DNA from: Cylindrospermopsis raciborskii Cr2010
GTDB lineage: Bacteria > Cyanobacteriota > Cyanobacteriia > Cyanobacteriales > Nostocaceae
Assembly (NCBI RefSeq): GCF_003367075.2
Contig: NZ_CP065936.1
Span: 2,730,001-2,762,000 of the forward strand
DNA length: 32,000 nt
Direction of reading: 5' to 3'
A program made the position numbers and the translations under genes. This document shows positions 24,359-32,000 of the stretch, piece after piece. The notes under the pieces were generated by a model. It saw only the letters and a program-made list of their open reading frames with translations. It was not told the origin of the DNA and ran no database searches. The stretch's first letter is position 1, and each line of letters begins with the position of its first letter.

Positions 24359-24961
24359 ATGACAAAAGTTATGCAATCGACTGATAAGTCAGTCAAAGCC
24401 AATTCCCCATGGCAAGAATTAAGTCAGTTTCCAACTCCTAACTCGGTAGAATGGGATAACATTAAAACTCAATTGGATTTAGTGCTTTTAGCCCTGGAAA
24501 CTTTAACTGGTATTGGTTCAGATGCGATGTTATCCGCAGCTACCCATCTGGATTTGGAATCAAAAGTACCCGATAGAATAGCTTTATGGCGATTACGCCA
24601 ATCTAACCCCCTACGCAAAAGTCCAGGAGGGAGAAAAAAGCTAGATGTGGATGAGGCTAGATCTCTGGTTTTAATTACTTGTTATCTTGCTAAACAACAT
24701 CAAGAGTTAATTCGGCGCGCTGTAGGTTTATTAGAAAAAATAGCGGCTAATCACCAACAACTTCATCAAAATGCTTTACTGGCAGATTATACAGATAACT
24801 TCTGCAATGTTTACCAGGAAAGAATGGAGGAAGATGATAAAATTTCTACTGATTTGTTGACTAATTTAGCAGTTAAACTACTGATAGATTTACTCTTTTA
24901 TAGCTCTCCTACTGGACATCGCCGACTCTGGTTAACATTGCTAGACCGTTCCACAAGATAA
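24359..24961 (+). CDS. Cyanobacterial conserved hypothetical protein (possibly DUF3038 family)
   Basis: A 200-aa helical ORF with no recognisable catalytic motif. The family name is a recollection based on its position beside a DUF4335-type gene, not on a motif I can verify. Confidence 0.45.
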   Translation: MTKVMQSTDKSVKANSPWQELSQFPTPNSVEWDNIKTQLDLVLLALETLTGIGSDAMLSAATHLDLESKVPDRIALWRLRQSNPLRKSPGGRKKLDVDEARSLVLITCYLAKQHQELIRRAVGLLEKIAANHQQLHQNALLADYTDNFCNVYQERMEEDDKISTDLLTNLAVKLLIDLLFYSSPTGHRRLWLTLLDRSTR

Positions 24962-24974
24962 TGGTATTTTTACT

Positions 24975-26435
24975 ATGCCTGGATCCAATTCTGTTGTTCG
25001 CCGTTATACACCGCCCACTTGTACGTTAGAAATTCTAGCGGAAAGCTCACCCTTATCTCGTTGGATGAGTCAAACTGTGGTGGATCAGCTACGTTTTCAA
25101 TTGCATTTTGATGATCCAACTTTACCAGAAGATTTGAGAATACCTATTGAGGGTAATCGGGAACAGTTGGAGGTTTTATGTAATGCTGTAAGCAGCTACG
25201 TGCAGCAACTTTTGCAAGAGTCATCCGATAGGTTTTGTGTGATTTTTCGGGAATCTACACCTTCCAAACCCCCTACGTTACCCTCGGAAGCGGAAGATAT
25301 TGCTTCTAGTGCGTCTCCAGCATCTGCTTCCCTTCCCCATCATAGGGATAATACGGGGGTTTTAGAGGCTACTATTTATCTAGAATTCCAGGAGAATCTA
25401 ACTCATAAACTATACCTAGGTTCCCTAGCTACCCAAAGATCTGGACCGGTGATTGAACTGACTCTATTACAGTTATTTGATTTATCTAGTGCTTTGGATG
25501 AGTATTCTGCTGATATAATTGCATTACCAACTATGGGAGCTGAAAGGTTCATAAGTTCCAAATTGCCCAGATGGGCTCCTGTAGCAGCAGTGTTAACTTT
25601 GGCTTTGGGTCTAACTCCCTTCACCTGGCAATATGCTAGTAATATGCGCTCGGTGCGAGTAAGTGAGCAACAAAAACCTCAAGAACCTATGTCAACCGGG
25701 GCACCTACTATGAACCCGGATGCTGGTGTTAAGTCACCTGATTTAGCTGACCTACCTTCTGGTTTACCCAATTTTAATTTACCCAGTCCTAACCAGGAAA
25801 ATTTGGATGTTCTTAGATCGGGCACAGTCTTCCCCACACCAACCCCTGGTACAACAGGTAAAAATCCCCTAAAAACACCAGAAATTGCAGGAGACATTAT
25901 CCCTAATAGTCCTAATAGCACCCAAGTGCCCCCTAAAATACTGGGATATCCTACAGATCCACGAATACAAGGTAGAATACCTAATTCTAACATACCTCCG
26001 GGAGATGTCAACAGGTTACCCGACAGTCTACCTAATCCTTCCCTACCTCAGACACAACCATTAAATAGAAGTAATAGAACTGGGGAGAATGACACAGCAG
26101 GAACTGCAAAACAAGACCTAACCACCATAACCAGTCAGGAAAACAAATCTTACGATACACCCCAAGTAGCAGAAGCAGGGAAGTATCTTCAAGGTAAATG
26201 GCGCCCACCCGCAGATTTTACTCAAACCCTAGAATATAGTGTTACCCTGGAGGTTGATGGCACAATTCAGCGGATTTTGCCCTTAAATCAAGCTGCTAGA
26301 GAATACATTGATAATACAGGTATGCCAGAAATTGGTAAACCCTTTGTTTCTAGTAATAAAGCAGGAAAAACTCTCAGAATTAGAGTTGTTTACTCCCCCG
26401 ATGGCAAAGTCAAAACCTTTACAGAAACTCCATAA
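24975..26435 (+). CDS. DUF4335 domain protein with a TM segment and a long Pro/Asn-rich disordered region
   Basis: The N-terminus VRRYTPPTCTLEILAESSPLSRW matches my memory of the DUF4335 signature. There is one hydrophobic segment (WAPVAAVLTLALGLTPFTW), then about 150 aa of P/N/S-rich low complexity, then a folded C-terminal domain. Confidence 0.6.
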   Translation: MPGSNSVVRRYTPPTCTLEILAESSPLSRWMSQTVVDQLRFQLHFDDPTLPEDLRIPIEGNREQLEVLCNAVSSYVQQLLQESSDRFCVIFRESTPSKPPTLPSEAEDIASSASPASASLPHHRDNTGVLEATIYLEFQENLTHKLYLGSLATQRSGPVIELTLLQLFDLSSALDEYSADIIALPTMGAERFISSKLPRWAPVAAVLTLALGLTPFTWQYASNMRSVRVSEQQKPQEPMSTGAPTMNPDAGVKSPDLADLPSGLPNFNLPSPNQENLDVLRSGTVFPTPTPGTTGKNPLKTPEIAGDIIPNSPNSTQVPPKILGYPTDPRIQGRIPNSNIPPGDVNRLPDSLPNPSLPQTQPLNRSNRTGENDTAGTAKQDLTTITSQENKSYDTPQVAEAGKYLQGKWRPPADFTQTLEYSVTLEVDGTIQRILPLNQAAREYIDNTGMPEIGKPFVSSNKAGKTLRIRVVYSPDGKVKTFTETP

Positions 26436-26440
26436 GTCCC

Positions 26441-28471
26441 CTACTTTCTCATCTCCTCCATGGCCCCCCTGGCCATAGCTGCGATCGCTCTATCAGTTGC
26501 TTTCGGTAGTTGATAATATTTGCCTCCCGCTGTTTTCGCTAGTTCTTTGGCAAAACCAGTTGAAACAAATTTACTTTCTGTATCTATTACCAGTAACTGC
26601 ATCCCGGAAGCTCTAATCCTCCCTGCAATATCTAGGAGCTCTCCCTTAATATCTGGTTTTTCTCCTGGTTCCTGGGACTCCCCTAGGGATCTGGAGAGCG
26701 GTATATTACCTCTACCGTCGGTAATTGCCACTATCACCACTTGTCCAATGTCTCCTCCCATTTGGGCGTTGACACCCACTCTGACCGCTTGGGTTAATCC
26801 ATGGGCCAAGGGGGAACCACCTCCACAAGGTAATTTTTCTAACCGGGTTTTTGCTAAAGCAATAGACCGGGTAGGAGGTAATAACACTTCCGCTTGTTCT
26901 CCCCTAAAAGGAATTAGGGCAATTTGATCTCGGTTTTGATAGGATTCAGTTAAAAGTTGCATTACTGCTCCCTTAGCTGACTGCATTCTATTTAAAGCCA
27001 TTGAACCGGAAGCATCAACAACAAATACTACCAGGGCACCAGCTTTTCTCACTAACCGTTTTGTTCGCATATCCCCCTGTTCCACTATCACCCTTTTCCC
27101 TGGCTGTCGTAAACGACGCGCTTTTTGATATGGAGCGGCAGCTCTTAAAGTAGCATCAACGGCAATGCGTTTAACCTTGCCCTTGGGTAACATAGGTTTG
27201 ATATAACGGCCCCTATCTTCTGAAAATATCAGACTGCGACTGCCCGATTTTCCTTGTCTTTGAGCCATCTGGGTGAAATATAGTACCTCTGGATCGAGAA
27301 TTACTCCCTCGGGGTCAAAAACAAACTCTTGGGGAATATCTGGAGGTTCCTGTTGCTCCTCTTGTTGTTCTTGTTGTTGTTCCTCTTCTTGTTGCTCCTC
27401 TTGTTGTTCTGGTGAGTCCTGCTGATTTTGGGGTGGTGGTGGTGGTGGTTGGTCTGGTGGTGGAGTTTGAATAACCGTGGTTCTGGGAACTATAACTAAT
27501 TCTACTGCACGGCGTAGGTCTTCAGCACTAACACTATTACGTCCATCCAATGCTGCTGATGCTTTAGCAACACGGACAGCAAATAATTCTGCTCGGTGTC
27601 CTTCCACTCCTGCACGAATAGCTTCGTTGACCAGGTAGGTAATCTGCTCGGGGGAGATAGTTACTTCTTTTAACCATTCCCTGGCCAGTAATATTTGGGT
27701 TTTGAGAGAGTCTATATCCTCATTGTATTGCTGTATGAATTCTTGAGGAGATATGGAATAAGCGATCGCCTGTTCAACTGCTTGCACTCTTTGGTCTAAC
27801 CCGAGTACTCCGTCTGCACTAAGAGCTATAGCGATTCTATCAAGCAGATGTTCTCTCAGGGGGCCTTCTTCAGGGTTATAGGTAGCAATAAAAAGGGGTT
27901 TACAGGGGTGTTGAAAACTTATCCCTTCCCTTTCTATTTGGTTACGTCCTTCCGAAAGGACGGCCAACAATTGATTACTAATTTGATCATCGAGCAAATT
28001 GATTTCATCTATATATAATACACCCCGGTTAGCGGTAGCTAGAAGTCCTGGTTGAAATACGGTTTTACCTTGTTTGACCGACTGCTCCACATCTACTGAA
28101 CCTAAAAGCCGATCCTCCGTTACTCCCAGGGGTATTTGTACAAAAGGGACAGGTATAATTTCTGTGACTATTTCCTCTGACGTTTGTGCCACTAGTTGGT
28201 CATCCCAGGATTCTGGTTGTTCTGGATCACAATTGCTCATGGAGTCTTTGACAACTTCTATCCCTGGTAATAAAGCGTGAATACCTCGTGCCATAACCGA
28301 TTTAGCCGTACCACGACGACCAGCAATTACCACACCTCCCAAACCGGGATCTACTGCTGCTAATAGCAGGGCGGTTTTAATTGCCTCTTGACCGACTACA
28401 GCGGCAAGGGGAAAAGCTGTGACTTTTGGAGTAGTTGTGGGTGTTGGCATTCTCGGTTTAGTGGTTATCAT
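26441..28471 (-). CDS. chlD: Magnesium chelatase subunit D
   Basis: An AAA+ module ([20 protein letters not shown]), a Pro-rich plus acidic Q/E linker (aa 337-379, nt 27335-27463), and a C-terminal VWA domain with [13 protein letters not shown]. Confidence 0.92.
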   Translation of the reverse strand: MITTKPRMPTPTTTPKVTAFPLAAVVGQEAIKTALLLAAVDPGLGGVVIAGRRGTAKSVMARGIHALLPGIEVVKDSMSNCDPEQPESWDDQLVAQTSEEIVTEIIPVPFVQIPLGVTEDRLLGSVDVEQSVKQGKTVFQPGLLATANRGVLYIDEINLLDDQISNQLLAVLSEGRNQIEREGISFQHPCKPLFIATYNPEEGPLREHLLDRIAIALSADGVLGLDQRVQAVEQAIAYSISPQEFIQQYNEDIDSLKTQILLAREWLKEVTISPEQITYLVNEAIRAGVEGHRAELFAVRVAKASAALDGRNSVSAEDLRRAVELVIVPRTTVIQTPPPDQPPPPPPQNQQDSPEQQEEQQEEEQQQEQQEEQQEPPDIPQEFVFDPEGVILDPEVLYFTQMAQRQGKSGSRSLIFSEDRGRYIKPMLPKGKVKRIAVDATLRAAAPYQKARRLRQPGKRVIVEQGDMRTKRLVRKAGALVVFVVDASGSMALNRMQSAKGAVMQLLTESYQNRDQIALIPFRGEQAEVLLPPTRSIALAKTRLEKLPCGGGSPLAHGLTQAVRVGVNAQMGGDIGQVVIVAITDGRGNIPLSRSLGESQEPGEKPDIKGELLDIAGRIRASGMQLLVIDTESKFVSTGFAKELAKTAGGKYYQLPKATDRAIAAMARGAMEEMRK

Positions 28472-28556
28472 GTTTTTGAGGATAGCATTTATTTGAGTAT
28501 TTGGATTTTCTTAGGGATATAATTTTCCATATTAAACTTAGGTAAAACCCAGCAAA

Positions 28557-29354
28557 ATGGTAGGAGTGGAACAGGAATTATTTAGAATTTCCCAGGGACA
28601 TCTGAACTTAATTGAGAACTGTCCCAGGAAGTTTCAGCATACATGTTTAGATATGCTAACAACACCCACAGATCCTAAACAGGAAGAGTATAAAACATTG
28701 GGTAGTCGTTTTCACTTGCTAATGCAACAGCAAGCCATGGGACTACCGATTGAGAGTTTTATAGGGGAAGATGAGCGACTCAAAAGTTTAATATTGGATT
28801 TAACTGGAGTGATACCGGAAATCCTGACAGCGGGAAAGGAGGGGGAGACATTTCAGGAAAGTGAACATTCTAGAAATCTACAAGTGGGAGATTATTTAAT
28901 AACCGTCATTTATGACCTGTTGATAGCCAACAATGAAAAGGCGAAAATATTTGACTGGAAAACCTATCGTCAACTACCAGACTTAAAGGATATCAAGTCT
29001 TTAGCCAGTCATTGGCAAACTAAACTTTACATGTATGTTTTGGCAGAAACTAGCACATACCTACCCAAAAATATATCTATGACCTATTGGTTTATCCCAG
29101 GAAAAGGGAATTCAAAAAAAATTGAGTTTAGATATAGTAATGTGGAGCATAAAAAAAACGGAAATCAGTTAAAACAGCTGCTGGAGAATCTATCTATTTG
29201 GCTAGAACAATATAAAAAAAATCAACCATTACCTCAGCAGCCAAAACATAGAAAACTTTGTGAATATTGTCCATATAGCTATCGTTGTTATGGTGAAATA
29301 GACAATCAATTACCGAGGGCAAATATTCAACCCATTCCAGAAATAGAATGTTAA
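28557..29354 (+). CDS. PD-(D/E)XK nuclease, Cas4/AddB-nuclease-like, with a 4-Cys iron-sulfur cluster motif
   Basis: Motif II is VIYD120LL, motif III is IFD133WK135 and the QhxxY motif is Q154TKLY158. Cys22 (IENCPRKF) plus C235-x2-C238-x5-C244 (CEYCPYSYRC, first Cys codon 29259-29261) gives the Cas4/AddB C...CX2CX5C arrangement. Confidence 0.7.
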   Translation: MVGVEQELFRISQGHLNLIENCPRKFQHTCLDMLTTPTDPKQEEYKTLGSRFHLLMQQQAMGLPIESFIGEDERLKSLILDLTGVIPEILTAGKEGETFQESEHSRNLQVGDYLITVIYDLLIANNEKAKIFDWKTYRQLPDLKDIKSLASHWQTKLYMYVLAETSTYLPKNISMTYWFIPGKGNSKKIEFRYSNVEHKKNGNQLKQLLENLSIWLEQYKKNQPLPQQPKHRKLCEYCPYSYRCYGEIDNQLPRANIQPIPEIEC

Positions 29355-29463
29355 AACTAAGTAGCTCCCATGAGTTACCCTACCGCTAACCCATCCTATA
29401 AATAATCGTACTCCCTACTTAACGGGTGTAATTAAATATAAGTTGACAACATAAATCAATGCC

Positions 29464-31836
29464 ATGAAGTGGATTTTATTAGAAAACATAGAAATTCCCC
29501 AAGATTTTCTGCAAGCAGTTCAAAAACAGTATCACATCCGTCATGGATCGAAATCAAAAGCCAACTTTGTGGCGCAAATCCTATGGCAAAGAGGAATTAG
29601 AACTGAATTAGAACTGGTCAATTTTCTCGATTTTAAAAACTATCGACCTGCAAGTTCCTTTGAATTTGGAGAAGAGATGAATTTAGCAGTCAATCGGTTA
29701 AAAGCAGCAGTAATCTCCAAGGAGAAAGTAGGGATTTGGGGAGATTTTGACGCCGATGGTATTACATCCACCGCATTACTATGGGATGGATTAGGAGAGT
29801 TTTTCCCTCAGTATGAACAATTAACCTATTACATTCCCAACCGACTAACAGAATCCCATGGGTTAAATTTTGCCGGAATTGAACGTCTAGCCCAACAAGG
29901 TTGTAGATTAATAGTTACCTGCGACACTGGAAGTACAAACATTGACGAGATTGTTTATGCCCAGAAATTAGGTATAGACCTAATTGTCACCGATCATCAC
30001 ACCCTACCAACAGAACGTCCTCCCGTCAGTGCTATTATCAATCCTCGTTACTTACCCGAAACACATTCATTATTTCATCTTTCTGGAGTTGCGGTAGCTT
30101 ATAAATTAGTCGAAGCATTATATGAAACTTTGCCAGACATACCACAAAACCCCCTGGAAGATTTATTAGATTTGGTTGCCATAGGATTAATTGCTGACCT
30201 GGTACAATTGAAGGGTGATTGTCGCTATTTGGCTCAGATTGGAATTGATAAATTACACCAAGAATCTAAAAAAGGTATCTTACATAGCAGGAGACCAGGA
30301 ATCAAAAAACTACTGGAACTGTGCCACAAAAATGGCGATCGCCCCATGGATATTTCTTTTGGATTAGGTCCACGTATTAATGCTGTTAGCAGGATTCATG
30401 GTGATGGAAGTTTCTGTGTAGAGCTATTAACTAGTAGAGATATTAAAAGGTGTGGTCAACTAGCACAAGAGACAGAATTAGCCAATTCTCGACGTAAATC
30501 ATTGCAAAAAGATGTTCAAGAACAGGCCAGAAAAAAACTGGGGGAATTAGATTTATCTACCACCCATGTGATTGTTTTAGTAGATAGTCAATGGCCAGGT
30601 GGGGTCTTGGGTTTAGTTGCGGGTCAAATTGCTCAAGAAACAGGAAAACCAACTATCTTATTAAGTACAGATTCACTAGATAGTAAAACAAACTTAGCTC
30701 GCGGATCAGCTCGTTCAATTAACTCTATTGATTTATACCAACTAGTTCAAAAGCAGGCACATTTATTACATCGTTTTGGCGGACATCCCTTTGCTGCTGG
30801 ACTAAGTTTATCTGTGGAAAATATCGGATTATTTACCGATGCGATTAACCAACAATTCCGATTATCTGTAGGGGGAATAAACCTCACACCCACAGTGCAG
30901 GCGGATCTAGTAGTAACTGTGGCAGATTTAGGCAGAGAATTATTTTTAGAGCTGAAACTTATGGAACCCTGTGGTATGGGAAATCCAGTGCCAAAATTAC
31001 TAATTAAGAACTGTTGGTTTGAAAATATTTCCCATGAGAAAATTCAAGATTACCAGGGGAATAAAATTCAATATCTGAAAACCAAATTTCTGATGGGAGA
31101 TGATTCTAGTCAACAACGGTTTCCCGGGATTTGGTGGGGACATGATAAAAATGACCTACCCCAGGGGAGATGTGATTGTATAGTGGAAATAGATATCAAT
31201 AACAATAAAGCACAACCAGAGCATCAAATTAGATTAATTGATGTCCGTCCTACTAGTGACTTAGGAATTCACTTGGAAGTTCAATCTCACAAATCGGCAA
31301 TGATTATAGATTGGAGAAATCAACCAAGTGAAAATTACCACGATTCAATATTGACCATTAAACACTGTCCCACCGGCTGGAATGAGGTAAAAGGTTGGTT
31401 GAAAACTGCCATTTCTCATCAAAAACACTTAGCTTTGGCTTGGTCACAGCCCAATTATCTCACACCTGAAGAAATTTGGTTGAACTTGGTGGGTATTGCC
31501 AAATTTTTGAGTCGCACCAATCAAAAAACAACTCGGTTAAAAGTTTTGCAGAAATTGGGTATCAATGACCAGAGCTTACATCTGGGATTGGAATCTTTAA
31601 AATCTCTAGGGTTTAGGGTTGATGGTGAGGGAGAGTTTTTAAAAATCACTTACCAGAATCCAGTTACTAGTTCAATGGATTATGAATTTGGCCCTCCAGC
31701 TAGTGATTATGGAAATATTAAAACTAAAATCGACTGTTTTTGCGCAGCAATCAGGGAAGAACAATTTCAAAAAGACTATTTTACCACAGTTCCCCTATCT
31801 ATCATACAGTCCATTCTTTTAGTACAAATGTTTTAA
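29464..31836 (+). CDS. recJ: Single-stranded-DNA-specific 5'-3' exonuclease RecJ (long cyanobacterial form)
   Basis: DHH-family motifs GDFDADGITS, TCDTGS and VTDHH, and the DHHA1 motif FGGHPFAAG. At 790 aa it has a roughly 200-aa C-terminal extension beyond the RecJ core. Confidence 0.88.
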   Translation: MKWILLENIEIPQDFLQAVQKQYHIRHGSKSKANFVAQILWQRGIRTELELVNFLDFKNYRPASSFEFGEEMNLAVNRLKAAVISKEKVGIWGDFDADGITSTALLWDGLGEFFPQYEQLTYYIPNRLTESHGLNFAGIERLAQQGCRLIVTCDTGSTNIDEIVYAQKLGIDLIVTDHHTLPTERPPVSAIINPRYLPETHSLFHLSGVAVAYKLVEALYETLPDIPQNPLEDLLDLVAIGLIADLVQLKGDCRYLAQIGIDKLHQESKKGILHSRRPGIKKLLELCHKNGDRPMDISFGLGPRINAVSRIHGDGSFCVELLTSRDIKRCGQLAQETELANSRRKSLQKDVQEQARKKLGELDLSTTHVIVLVDSQWPGGVLGLVAGQIAQETGKPTILLSTDSLDSKTNLARGSARSINSIDLYQLVQKQAHLLHRFGGHPFAAGLSLSVENIGLFTDAINQQFRLSVGGINLTPTVQADLVVTVADLGRELFLELKLMEPCGMGNPVPKLLIKNCWFENISHEKIQDYQGNKIQYLKTKFLMGDDSSQQRFPGIWWGHDKNDLPQGRCDCIVEIDINNNKAQPEHQIRLIDVRPTSDLGIHLEVQSHKSAMIIDWRNQPSENYHDSILTIKHCPTGWNEVKGWLKTAISHQKHLALAWSQPNYLTPEEIWLNLVGIAKFLSRTNQKTTRLKVLQKLGINDQSLHLGLESLKSLGFRVDGEGEFLKITYQNPVTSSMDYEFGPPASDYGNIKTKIDCFCAAIREEQFQKDYFTTVPLSIIQSILLVQMF

Positions 31837-31873
31837 ACATATTTCTTAAAAACCCCCCACCAGTTCAACAAAA

Positions 31874-31882
31874 TGCTATAAT
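31874..31882 (+). promoter_or_regulatory. Extended -10 promoter-like element TGCTATAAT
   Basis: An exact TGnTATAAT lies 38 nt after the recJ stop. The following 110 nt up to the window edge contain no convincing ORF. I found no -35 element. Confidence 0.25.
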
Positions 31883-32000
31883 GGGGAAGGAATTTGGGCC
31901 TTTAAAGCAAAGAGTGATCAGGGTAACACCAATATGGTTGTTGATTGTGCGGTAAGGCAAGCAAATTCTAACTCTCCACGCGTTATTAGAGATGACCTAC

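Noticed and set aside
27335-27463. Cryptic simple repeats in the DNA (CTCTTGTTG-like units and GGT runs) that encode [42 protein letters not shown].
   Set aside because: This is the known proline-rich plus acidic linker between the AAA+ and VWA domains of ChlD/BchD. It is expected, although its length may vary between strains.
1855-28280. Nested or antisense ORFs of 60-135 aa in the six-frame track (for example 1855-2073, 3825-4047, 4856-5041, 5052-5439, 5501-5701, 6337-6537, 6905-7126, 8426-8653, 8932-9135, 10632-10950, 11139-11435, 13072-13293, 13238-13423, 13654-13917, 14779-14982, 15520-15765, 17148-17784, 21345-21575, 23620-23976, 25403-26011, 26520-26927, 28074-28280).
   Set aside because: All lie inside, or mostly inside, well-supported genes on the opposite strand or in another frame. 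They have low-complexity or odd composition and no recognisable motifs, which is typical of shadow ORFs.
1-32000. The possibility that the window is a defence island, prophage or other mobile accessory region.
   Set aside because: There are no integrase, transposase, phage structural, restriction-modification, toxin-antitoxin or cas genes, and no flanking tRNA or long direct repeats. HIP1 sites and composition are evenly distributed, and most genes are housekeeping. Only the AlbA_2-domain gene and the Cas4-like nuclease have any defence flavour, and both sit in housekeeping contexts.

Overview
This 32 kb window looks like ordinary core chromosome from a cyanobacterium, probably a filamentous Nostocales-type organism (inference). 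I counted at least 19 copies of the HIP1 octamer GCGATCGC by eye. The sequence is AT-rich, and several families are largely restricted to cyanobacteria or plastids (ChlD, CRR6-like, DUF29, DUF760, DUF3685, DUF4335). I support 27 protein-coding genes plus one truncated CDS at the left edge. Recognisable housekeeping genes are ispD, scpB, a cyclophilin PPIase, prfC, hisC (as part of a fusion ORF), mutS2, chlD, recJ, a Fur-family regulator, an RRM RNA-binding protein, a Wzc-type tyrosine autokinase, a GT9 glycosyltransferase and a GNAT. I saw no rRNA, tRNA, CRISPR array, transposase, integrase or prophage genes, and composition looks uniform. All family calls come from reading motifs by eye and from memory; no searches were run. 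Things worth a second look: (1) a tightly packed minus-strand unit of a small zinc-ribbon ORF, RqcH/NFACT and a Schlafen-like AlbA_2+HATPase_c_4 protein, ending at a canonical intrinsic terminator, with rqcH starting at a TTG in frame with the upstream ORF, and MutS2 and RF3 lying nearby; (2) a rhodanese-HisC fusion ORF with no stop codon at the junction; (3) an M48/HtpX-like membrane protein in which all zinc-binding and catalytic residues are replaced; (4) a Cas4/AddB-type 4-Cys PD-(D/E)XK nuclease immediately upstream of recJ; (5) a receiver domain with Glu at the phospho-acceptor position, downstream of fur; (6) a 223-nt intergenic region with a perfect 14-bp tandem duplication, promoter-like elements and a terminator, which could encode a small RNA. 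None of these is proven to be a new system. The first is my best candidate.
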